Source: Craspedostauros australis (lineage: Eukaryota). From it: 40,635 nt of DNA. Both the position numbers and the translations under genes were made by a program. Where the stretch lies: assembly GCA_030167865.1 (NCBI GenBank), contig JALAGF010006090.1:62001-102635 (forward strand), given 5' to 3'. The notes under the pieces were generated by a model that saw nothing but the letters and a program-made list of their open reading frames with translations, was not told where the DNA came from and ran no database searches. Positions 1 through 9,728 of this stretch are shown here, in pieces (the first letter of the stretch is position 1; every line of letters starts with the position of its first letter).

Positions 1-1
1 G

Positions 2-2908
2 TCTACGCCCACGACAGCACCAAGCACGACATCCGCACAACAGGCCACACACACATCACCTCCTACACCGAACACTGCGACAGCTGCATCAGCATCCGCG
101 CAACCGTACCAACAATCCTTCTCGACGCACAGACGTCCAGTCACAGCGCTGGGAGCCAAACCACCAAGCCGGAAGAAGCACCGAAAGAACGGCCGTCATA
201 GTGGTGGCGCTGCCTACCGCCAAGCAGGCGTTGCAGCTGGATCGCGGAAGCGGCCTCTATTCCTGATCCGCACACCCACCAACGCATCACCGAACGCCGC
301 AGTTGCCATGGCCTCCGGTGCGTGCGGATCTGTCGGAAGCAGCGGCCGCGCATCAGGAAGCGAGATGGATGACTCCACGCAGTACGAATGTGACTCGGAG
401 GGCACTTCGGCAACCACCAACAGCGAAATGAGCTGGGATCGCAGTCGCAGCGACCTGTCCGTCCGCGGCAAGCAGATGCGAGGCGGGCAGAACACGGCCG
501 TCCTTGCCAACCTCAGGACCGGATACATGATGGAAGATGCAACCTTGCTCGAAGAAGAATCGGCACCGCCCATCCATTACAAGACGATGCAGGAGGCCGT
601 ACGCGTCGCCATCGGCCTTGTTCTGGATCATTTCTACCGCCGTCGAGGTGGCTACAAGCTCTCACCAGCCGAGGAGCACCGGAATGCCATGTTGGAGGCA
701 AGCGCTGGCGACAGCAACAGCAGCAGCAACGCTGGCAGCAATGTTGGTACCCACGGAGGCCCAGCGTCATCATCCACGGACCGGGACTCCCAAGACGCTG
801 CATCCACCACTTCTGCAGCGAGGAGCATCACCGGAAACGCAGCCCGGCAGGCGCTGTCGGCAGAAGCCATCTTCCAGCAACGACGAGAACGACTCCTGCT
901 CATGCTGATATCATCGGAACCCGACCGTGAAGGATGGATGGGCAAGCCAAGGGGAGATCGCATGAGAGCGCCACCATTTACCATCCAACGTATTGCGGAA
1001 GTGCTGCTCAATCCAGAAAAGGTGAGTTCGCTGCAATGTCACTGATGTTTGTGTGTTGTTGATGTTTCAGTTATCCTGCGCTTTTCATTGCATTGCTATC
1101 TTTGCTGCATTTCACAACGTACTCCTGCAGATTGAAGTGTCACGCACACGGTGGATGCAGCACACCGTATCAATCTCACACCATGTCGATATCATCCAAA
1201 TCGTCGCGCCCTTTCGCTCTGTCACGATCCATTGCTTCATGAAATGCCATCCTCTATGCATTCATCGCATCGTATCGCAGTATTATACACAAACGCACAA
1301 GCTCTGCAACTGCTTGGAGAAGCTGCTGTTGGTCACATCTTCGACGAGAGCATTTGGGGGTAGCACTGGTGGAGCTACATCGCAAAGTCGAACGGAGGTA
1401 CGATTTACCACATTGCGCGCATGTCAGCAAACGTACAATGAGACTGTGATCCTTGCTCGATTGTGTTCTCACGACGAATACGAATCCGACGATGATCCCC
1501 GTGCTCGACCATGAATTGCAACTCTCTTCGAATTGTACCATACGCTGACTATTTTGTGTATTCTACTGTTGCTTTCTCCCATCACGTCAGGAACGAGAAC
1601 TGGCCGCGTTGGCGGACGAGCAAGGCCGTGTGCAATCGGAGCTGCGACAACGCAGGGTGAAGAGGCGAATGTCATCGCCGTCGGATGATACGGTAGTTAT
1701 ATCGAATGTGCATGATGCTGGTGGGCCACGCAACCTCGACTATGGTCACAAAGAACATTCGTCGGATGATGTGCCGTCGTCCATTGTATCGAAGAAGATG
1801 AAACGGAGCTCATCGCCGGATATGCAATCACGGCAAACAGAGGGTGTGGAGGACACATCGACGAGGGAAGTGCTTGTGGCGGCGGCGCGGGCATCGTTAC
1901 GTTCAAAGTTTGAGCATGTTGGAATCGACACGCATTCGTCGTCATCCAACGCGAACAGGGATGCGCGATCGATGACTGAGAACAGAACCATGACCAAGTC
2001 ACCACCTCCGCCGAGCCTAGCCATGTCAGCATCGAAGAACGTTGGATTGTCCGGGCACACAGCCGTCACTGGTTTCGTGCGTCAGCATCATCCGGAGCAG
2101 GGCAACGGACATCATGGCATTGGTCGATTGCACACACCCATTCTGCTCACACCCACGCCAGCACCGGCTGGAGCATCTCACAACATGCAGGTCCTGCATC
2201 TGCAGCACGCGCCGCCCGGCCTCCAGGACAGCCTCAGTCATTCCGGCGGAGTGCGCAGCAATGCCATGGAGTTGCTGTCGTACAATCATAGTGCAGGCGC
2301 CGCAGCTGCTGCAGCCGCCAAATACGGCGCCGGAAACGCAACGGAATCACAGTCGCAGGACGCAGAGGTAAGCGATCATCAGCGGCAACCTACAAAAGTG
2401 CGCAGCTTGCTGCATCTGCAATGTCTCCCACACACGCACCATCCATGCGAACACAATGCATCGCTATCCAGACTCAACTCAACTCAACTTGACCCAGTGC
2501 GTGTTTGCGTTTTTGTTTCATCCATCACTTGCCCCCTGACACAACATCCCAAATCTCAACCCGCAGAATGAACCAGGTCGATCGTCCGCATCTAACTCCG
2601 ATGTAGATTCCGAATCCGATGACGTTTCCTTCGACGATTCCGCATCCGATCGCAGCGACGGGTCTGACTCCGGATCACTGACGCATTACGAACCATTCTC
2701 ACCAGCGCGCGCCATGGCATTGAACCGAATGCAGCAGCAACAGCGCCTGCAGAATCGCGCCTACACCAGCTTCAGTTCGCTGCACCCCAACGACCCAAGC
2801 TACCGACCACCAGCAGATTCGGAATACCAGAGCGGGGACAGCATCGACTCCACGAGGGCGGAGGACTCCTGCGGAAGCGACTCCTCTTCCAGCGATATTG
2901 CTGATTAA
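2..2908 (+). CDS. PPP4R2: Protein phosphatase 4 regulatory subunit 2-like, probably 5' partial; exons <2-1021, 1281-1397, 1591-2367, 2567-2908
   Basis: Splicing AAG|gtgagt (1022) to cag|TAT (1281) gives APPFTIQRIAEVLLNPEK-YYTQTHKLCNCLEKLLLVTSS, the PPP4R2 core motif. Two more phase-0 introns (1398-1590, 2368-2566) join the downstream ORFs in frame to TAA at 2908. The tail is acidic and Ser-rich. The frame is open from base 2 (STPTTAP...RKKHRKNGR...RKRPLF), so ATG 308 is probably not the start. Confidence 0.85.
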
Positions 2909-3670
2909 ATGCATAGCTGCAAGCTCTTTCGCCCTCATCGATTGGGTCTTCAAGACTACGTTGTCCATCATAATATTCCAATGCTTTGCATCCACACCAG
3001 CGTGTACTCGTGCGCTTACTCGTACGAGCTATACCACTGTCATACGAGCTTGCTTGGTTGTTGTGATTGTTTAGTTGTTTCCTTCCTTCCTTTGGTCGGC
3101 TTGGGTGTGGTGGTTGCGTGAGGCGAGTCCGAGACGAGGGAGCCATCATGGCTCGATGGTATCTTTTACAACCATTTGTCACATCGACATCAACCTGGCT
3201 GTTTTGATGCTCCCCATCACAACCATTGTTCAAGTGGTGCTTGTTTCGCTGGAGCGCATCCACGCTCGCAATTATTTCTCACTGCGCGGTTCGTTGGCTT
3301 CTTGTGATGGATCGTGAATTGTGTTGTCCACACCCATCACGTGTTGTTTCTGAAGTTCGGCACGCAAGAAGGATCGAAAAGCCGACATCGTGCCAACCAT
3401 CGATGATGTTGGCGCCAACATCACGAACATCGGCACGAACTGCAAAAAAGCGCGTTGTGTCAGAACCACCCAAAATATGAGCCAATCAGGTACCCGAGCG
3501 CATGATTTCATCGTGTCTCTCATTCATCGCATCGACGACTTGCACTCATCTGCTGCACAGAGGCAAACCAAAACACAGTAGAGTCTCATCTTACAAAACA
3601 TAATATAGTATTCTATCATATTCTATAATACATGCGAGTGTATCACCAACTATAATCCCATACTCTCACG

Positions 3671-5032
3671 ATGTTGGCGTTCCAAAGACGATGGTGGCTG
3701 TCGCTCGTGGGCATCGGGACGCTGTTCTCGTTGCGAAACCTGATGTGCGCAACATGCGTGCAGATCGAGCAGTGCGCATCGCAGCATGACAATCCGACGG
3801 CGGCATCATCCCCAGCTCAACTGCACAACAGCAACGATGAGACCTCCGATCCCTCCACGAGTAGCAGTCCCAGTACGTCTCTTCTCGAACAATTCTACGA
3901 CGCGTCCGATGACGGCAGCCTGCTACGTTTCGCGCGCAATCAAGCACTGAGCATCTACCATGGCTTTGATTTCAATGACACGGAACGGATCCGGATCAGC
4001 ACGCCCAGCCTGGGTCACAATGAGCACACGGGCGAGACGGTGGTGGGCTTTCGCATCGAATTGTGGGATCACGATCCTCACGGCAACCTGCTGATGCTGT
4101 GCTCCCTGCGAAGTCCGATCGGGCTCACGCAATGTCAGGACTCCGGCATCACCAACCGATACATGCCGCCGGAATGCGAGATGAAGCACTGGCTGGCGCC
4201 CGAGATTCGGACCTTCAAAGGCGTCCTGACGACGGGCCCGGAAGATGCCCGGTTGTACTTTGACGAGGAGGGATACCTGGGTGCGAGTTTGGGCATGCGC
4301 GGGTGCCATCCTGATGTCATCTACAACGCGACGAGCCCCATCTTCTCCGTCTACACCGTGCGATGGAAACGCTTGGCATCGCCGACCCTGCTGCAGCCCG
4401 ATCGCTTCTTCTGGCATCGCAATGGTCTGCCCAAGTTGCTGCACCTGCTCAAGAACAAGGGCGCTTCATGGAAGGATATCTACCCGGAGGTGACGAAGAA
4501 CTGGATCCCCATCCCTCCGTATCCTGGCCCGTCCGATCCGATGGACTTTCGCATCAGCTACGGCTGGACGCTGGGCATGGGAAGCCACCATGTGTACCGG
4601 CCGATGACCTTGGGTCCCTCGCTGAACAGCCTCGTGCCCATCAAACGCACGTACGATTACAGCGCCGCCAACGACTTTCGCGGATCCACCAACTTTGTGC
4701 GGCACAAGGGCGTCCTGGTGGCGCTGGGACATCGCAAGGAGGATTCGTACGCGCACTACTGGTACGCCGTGTGTCCCACCGCCCCGTACGGCAGCATCTC
4801 GTGGACGCCGGAGTTCCAGCTGACGGACGAGCACGCAGTGAGCTTCGCGTTGGGGTTGGCGTTGGCAGAAGATCGGGCCTACGTGACGTGGTCCATCAAT
4901 GATTTGGAACCCAGAATATCCCGCTACGCCCTCGACGACGTGTATCACCAGCTCTCCATGGCCTCGCGGCAAAACGACGCTTGGAGAGCTGGTATGTCCC
5001 TTGCCGACTTTTGTCAACCTGGAGGACGATGA
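3671..5032 (+). CDS. Type II membrane/secreted protein with a five-bladed beta-propeller of the GH130 / GT91 (beta-1,2-mannosyltransferase)-like clan
   Basis: Intronless 453-aa ORF with high GC3. A short basic tail and hydrophobic anchor are followed by a Ser/Thr-rich stem. Motifs then occur in the order GPEDARL, KNWIP, FRGST, GH..Y.H, SFALGL, VTWSIND, as in this propeller group. The CDS is secure; the function is inferred. Confidence 0.6.
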   Translation: MLAFQRRWWLSLVGIGTLFSLRNLMCATCVQIEQCASQHDNPTAASSPAQLHNSNDETSDPSTSSSPSTSLLEQFYDASDDGSLLRFARNQALSIYHGFDFNDTERIRISTPSLGHNEHTGETVVGFRIELWDHDPHGNLLMLCSLRSPIGLTQCQDSGITNRYMPPECEMKHWLAPEIRTFKGVLTTGPEDARLYFDEEGYLGASLGMRGCHPDVIYNATSPIFSVYTVRWKRLASPTLLQPDRFFWHRNGLPKLLHLLKNKGASWKDIYPEVTKNWIPIPPYPGPSDPMDFRISYGWTLGMGSHHVYRPMTLGPSLNSLVPIKRTYDYSAANDFRGSTNFVRHKGVLVALGHRKEDSYAHYWYAVCPTAPYGSISWTPEFQLTDEHAVSFALGLALAEDRAYVTWSINDLEPRISRYALDDVYHQLSMASRQNDAWRAGMSLADFCQPGGR

Positions 5033-5717
5033 GCGACGTGTTGCCCATCACAACACAGCATGGCACCATTTGGCATGTAAAACACATCTGTTCCGCTCAT
5101 AAGTCTCTAGAATGCAAGTGGAGAGTGCAGTGCATGCCACTGCTCCATACCTCATTGAAGGATACGCGCACTCTACACTCTGATGTGATATGATGTGATG
5201 TCTTTGTTCATGTGGTAGTGATCCGATCCAATCTTCTCCATGATCTATACATGACATCGTAGACGTCGAATGATTTGTACGTACGACAGCCAGACCCAAA
5301 GTGAGCGTTGGATCCGTTGTGACAAAAGCCGTGGTGGGAACAACGTGTTTTGTTCGTGTCTTTCGCGGATGACCATGGCGCGCAGCTTCGGCAACACGCT
5401 GCGGCTGCTCGTCCCATGACGCTCCCACGGTCACCCCAACAGCCGCCTCAGAAGTTACCACCACCAACAACGATAACAACAACAACGATAACAACCAGAC
5501 CAAGAGGAAAGGAAGAAGAGAAGGAGCAGGCACGACGGCAGTGAACAAGAGGCTTGACACTAGCCACCTCCTGCATTGCACGCACGCACACACACACGCC
5601 CACACATAGACACAGACACAGGTCATCCAGCCAGCAAGTAAACAGGCAAGCGTGACCAAGCAAGCACTTGCGCGCCAACAATCAATCAACCAATAGCCGC
5701 ACTCAGATTCCAGCAAG

Positions 5718-8700
5718 ATGCACTCTCTGTCAACACCACCATCGCCGCATCACAAGTCGGGACGCGTGTCGTCGTCGTCGTCGAGCAGCCGCGTCGGTGG
5801 ATCCTCCAATGGGATCGGGCAGTCACCCTCGAAGCGATACAACGGCACATCGTCCGCCCTGGCCGGCGCCGCCTCGTTGCCGAGCCTCTCGCACGCGCAG
5901 CAGCAGTCGGCCTACGCGCAAAACATCGCCAAGAGCATGACCATCGACGAGATGCGGCAGCTGCATCAGCGCGCCTTGCGGGATGCGGAGGCCAAGCAGA
6001 CGGAGCTGCGCCTCGTCCTGGCATCCCGCTACCGAGAGCTGGTGGGCAGCAGCGACGAGGTCACCAAGATGAGGGAGCGGTCGCAGGAGCTGCATGATCT
6101 CGTGCACGCCCTGCCCACCTTGATGCACAAGCTCATCGATGCTTCTGCTGATCATGCTAGCAGCAGCAGCAGCAGTTGGGAGGCCGCAGCTGCTGTTGAG
6201 AATGGGCACGGTCGTACCAACCGTCACACAAACGGCCACACCAACGGTGACAATGGACACGCTGCTGCGAACAAGCACGGCACGGCAGAGTCGCAACGAA
6301 TCTTCCAACTGCGAACGGATCTGGCGCAACTCCCACGTCTGATCCACCGGGCGTTGGACGATGACCGGGTCCACGAGGCGACGACCCACCTGCTGCACTT
6401 CTTCCGACTGGTGGCGGCGGAGACAGACGAATACCCGCTCGCCAACGCCCTGGCACCCGACGTTGCCAAACCGTTCCAGGATGCTTCCTCTTCCAACAAT
6501 ATCGACGTCGTCGTCAAGGCGCAGATCCGAATGCTCTTCCTGCACCTGCAGATACTCCCCAGCAAAATCGTCCGCATGTCCAAGGAGATCCTCAACACCT
6601 CCGCCTCCTACAACACCGATCCCATCTACGGCGCACAGCGGTCGGCCGCCGCACTGTCGACGTTGGATCTGCTCAACGCAAGCACCCGCAACAACCTGGA
6701 GCCCGACAGCCAGGCGCACATACTGGATCTATACTTCGAGTCCAAGGCGGACCTGCTTCAATCGTTGCTCAGCCAGCTCAGCGATGTCTCCGGAATCGGC
6801 GGAACCAAGACCAAAGCAGCGACAACGGCGTCAGGCGCAAATGCAAACGCAAACGCCCGATCTCTATCCACCACGGCGTCAGCAGCGGAAGAGATCCTCT
6901 CCAAAATCGTCCTCATCCTCCAGCACGACGTGCTGCTGCACCCGTACCAGATGTTCATCCTCCGAAACTTTCCGACGATGGAAGACGATCCGACGGTTGC
7001 GCAATCCATCATGAATTCGCTGCCCATGTTCCTGCCGCAGGTGGTGCAAACGAAGGCGTCCAACTTCCTGGCCGCCCACCTTCCTCTCATTCGAACCAAG
7101 GTCAAGACGATCCTGGTGGAGATCGCGGGCACCACGGCGGCTGCGCTGGGGCAGATCCGACAGTCGCTCTACGACAAGACCGACGGCATCGAATGCATGA
7201 CGCAGCTCAACAGCAACGGCGTCTGCACGTGGGAGGATGCTGTCCAGGGCATCGTGCACATCCCAGCCGTGCTCAATGCGGCTGGATCGGGGTCCATGGC
7301 ATCAGCCATCAACGGATCCAAAGATGACGGCCTCATGGGCGAGACCGCACTGCAGCAGCGCAAGTTCTCGCTCTGGAGCGTCCTCTTCTCCAACACCTTC
7401 TCCTCTCTGGTGCATTCCCTGCTGACGAGCTCCTTCCATTCGGTCCACACCAAGGTCGCCTCCACCCTGCGCCAATCCCTCGCCAACGCACCACCCTTGT
7501 CCAAGCTTCTCCCGCACGAGGCCTACAGAAACACGCTCCACATGGCCACCGACCTCAACGCGGCGCTGTCCAAGGTCAGCGACGACGCGCACGAACTTCT
7601 CGTGCATGCGGAAGAACGTGAAGAGTCCGAGCGGCGTCTGCGACAATCGCTCTACGTCCAGGCATGCGAGATCATGGGCCGTCTCATCTGCGAGCTGCGT
7701 CACATGCTCTACCAGGACGCAACGCAGGATGCGGAGGCCTCCAAATCATCCGTCAAGGAGCTCATCGTGGGGCGTCTCTGCTACCTCCTCAAGTTCCGTC
7801 TCAACACGCTCGCCAAGCTCCTCGATCCAAAATCATCGCCATCTTCCATCCAGGGCACGAGCGGAATGATCACGCTCCTCGAGCTGCAGTCCGCCTTCGA
7901 CCTCGCGGATGACAACGACGACGGTCTCATCACCTTCGACGAAGCCATCGAGGCTGTGGACAGCGCCTTCGCCGGAACCCAATACCGCGGTGCGCAAATG
8001 GTTCGCGAAACCCTGCTCCTTTCGGCCAACACGGACAACGACACGATGGCCAACGCTTCCGCCTCGCCTCCCAGCGGCGGCCTCCCCAACCTCACCAGCT
8101 ACCTCAAGGTCAGCTCCGGACGCGACGTCACCTTGAACGAGCTGGCGCTGCTGTCGGCTCGTGGACTGCGACACGACGACAGCGGCAAGCACAGCGCCCT
8201 CGGGACCATCCAGGATTCCTTGGACGGCATCATCTCGACATGCTTCGGCCAGTGGGCGCAAGTGGCTCTCTTGTCGCTAGGCGAATCCCTTTCCCAAAAT
8301 GCTACTCTCTTTGTCGAAGCCGCAACGACCACCAAGGAGGATGAATACAAGCGCATGTACTATCCCAACACAAAGGCGAACTCAACAGCCTCACAGCAGC
8401 CGTGCGTCGGCACGGTGTCGCCGTACCTCCTCGAGTACGTCACCGGCGTGGCGTTCGTGCTCAATCGATCCATCTCTCCCTCCGATTCCATCGTGCCGGT
8501 GCCATCTCCAGATTACGCGCTCTCCATGGGCATCACGCCCAACGGCTCCAACAAGATACCCACCATGCACGATCTCATCCGCCGTTCGCTTCTCAACGAA
8601 TCGCTCTCGTGCACAACGGAGGTGTTGGAGTCCGTCGTGCACGCGGCCGTCCCAACGCGGCCTGCGCAATGGCAGCTCCAGAATGACCTTTCCTTCGTGC

Positions 8701-9125
8701 ATGTCGCATTCTGCGAGCGCAACACGATCCCCTTGGACAACGCGCAGGCCAGCCAGAAGCTTCCGCATCTGATCGCGGCCTGCAGAGCAACAGCTGATAC
8801 GCAGGCGGTGGAGGACATCATCGAACAAAATCGCACGTTCGTCTTCGAATCCTGCGATCTCTTCCTCTCCTCTCTGCTGGGAACCGCCAGCTACGATGCT
8901 GGAACGACCACCAGCAACGGGAGCAACACGCTGCTGCACACGCCGCTGCCTTCCACATGCCGTTTTGCGCTGTTGCCCGTACAATCCGATCGCACCCTCG
9001 CCGACATCCAGCTGCGCGAGAACTACGCCGAGCGCAACAAGGCCAACAACCGGCAGAGTACCGTGGGCAGTGGTGTGATGCGCACCGGTCTCGGCTTTCT
9101 CAGTTCCATGCTCAAGAAGAATTAG
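5718..9125 (+). CDS. COG1: Conserved oligomeric Golgi complex subunit 1 (Vps51-family N-terminal coiled coil), 1135 aa, with an internal EF-hand
   Basis: N-terminal DEMRQLHQRALRDAEAKQTELRLVLASRYRELVGSSDEVTKM matches the COG1/Vps51 pattern (K.EELR.MVG.RYRDLI..AD.I..M). The long helical body and the C-terminal RFALLPV are typical of COG1. Confidence 0.8.
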   Translation: MHSLSTPPSPHHKSGRVSSSSSSSRVGGSSNGIGQSPSKRYNGTSSALAGAASLPSLSHAQQQSAYAQNIAKSMTIDEMRQLHQRALRDAEAKQTELRLVLASRYRELVGSSDEVTKMRERSQELHDLVHALPTLMHKLIDASADHASSSSSSWEAAAAVENGHGRTNRHTNGHTNGDNGHAAANKHGTAESQRIFQLRTDLAQLPRLIHRALDDDRVHEATTHLLHFFRLVAAETDEYPLANALAPDVAKPFQDASSSNNIDVVVKAQIRMLFLHLQILPSKIVRMSKEILNTSASYNTDPIYGAQRSAAALSTLDLLNASTRNNLEPDSQAHILDLYFESKADLLQSLLSQLSDVSGIGGTKTKAATTASGANANANARSLSTTASAAEEILSKIVLILQHDVLLHPYQMFILRNFPTMEDDPTVAQSIMNSLPMFLPQVVQTKASNFLAAHLPLIRTKVKTILVEIAGTTAAALGQIRQSLYDKTDGIECMTQLNSNGVCTWEDAVQGIVHIPAVLNAAGSGSMASAINGSKDDGLMGETALQQRKFSLWSVLFSNTFSSLVHSLLTSSFHSVHTKVASTLRQSLANAPPLSKLLPHEAYRNTLHMATDLNAALSKVSDDAHELLVHAEEREESERRLRQSLYVQACEIMGRLICELRHMLYQDATQDAEASKSSVKELIVGRLCYLLKFRLNTLAKLLDPKSSPSSIQGTSGMITLLELQSAFDLADDNDDGLITFDEAIEAVDSAFAGTQYRGAQMVRETLLLSANTDNDTMANASASPPSGGLPNLTSYLKVSSGRDVTLNELALLSARGLRHDDSGKHSALGTIQDSLDGIISTCFGQWAQVALLSLGESLSQNATLFVEAATTTKEDEYKRMYYPNTKANSTASQQPCVGTVSPYLLEYVTGVAFVLNRSISPSDSIVPVPSPDYALSMGITPNGSNKIPTMHDLIRRSLLNESLSCTTEVLESVVHAAVPTRPAQWQLQNDLSFVHVAFCERNTIPLDNAQASQKLPHLIAACRATADTQAVEDIIEQNRTFVFESCDLFLSSLLGTASYDAGTTTSNGSNTLLHTPLPSTCRFALLPVQSDRTLADIQLRENYAERNKANNRQSTVGSGVMRTGLGFLSSMLKKN

Positions 9126-9728
9126 AACGGGCGAGCATGACAGGCATCGTATTGCGTGATATGATATGGTGTGATAGATCCCATCATTACGCGGTGCTAT
9201 ACTTGATGCTGTTCTGAATTTGCAAGCATCATCATCCGTTCACACTGGGACAACAACAGCACGCAACGCAAGTCGACTGCTTCAGCTCGGTGCAATACTA
9301 TCTGTTGAGCTATCTGCTGAGCACAACGTCACGATATGGTCCTGAGGCCTGCTCCTTACCATAATAGCAACACCTTTGTCAATACCATCCTCTCTGTGAT
9401 GATCGTGATTCCAAGGGACCCGTGCAGCCAGCACACTACTCTGGCCGAAAGTGATTTGCATCTTGTCTTCCCGGTGGTGTTTCTGAATGTTTAATCGTAG
9501 TAGGTAGCCTACGTACGTATACTAGCGTTGTTAGCGTTTTGTGTCATCTTGCATGTTCTTCGGTAGACCTTGCGATGCCCAAGCATTGGGAAAGGCATGG
9601 TGGAAGGTTATCTTACATCCCACCAATGATGTGTACTTGAGAGTCAATTGTGCGGAATGCGTATGCGGCACAACATACCCCACCACACTGTTTGCAATGT
9701 TCTCGAGAGTACCATACTGCAGAGTACT

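Noticed and set aside
5048..5716. 222-aa hydrophobic ORF on the minus strand
   Set aside because: It is the reverse translation of the CA/ACA-rich leader upstream of COG1.
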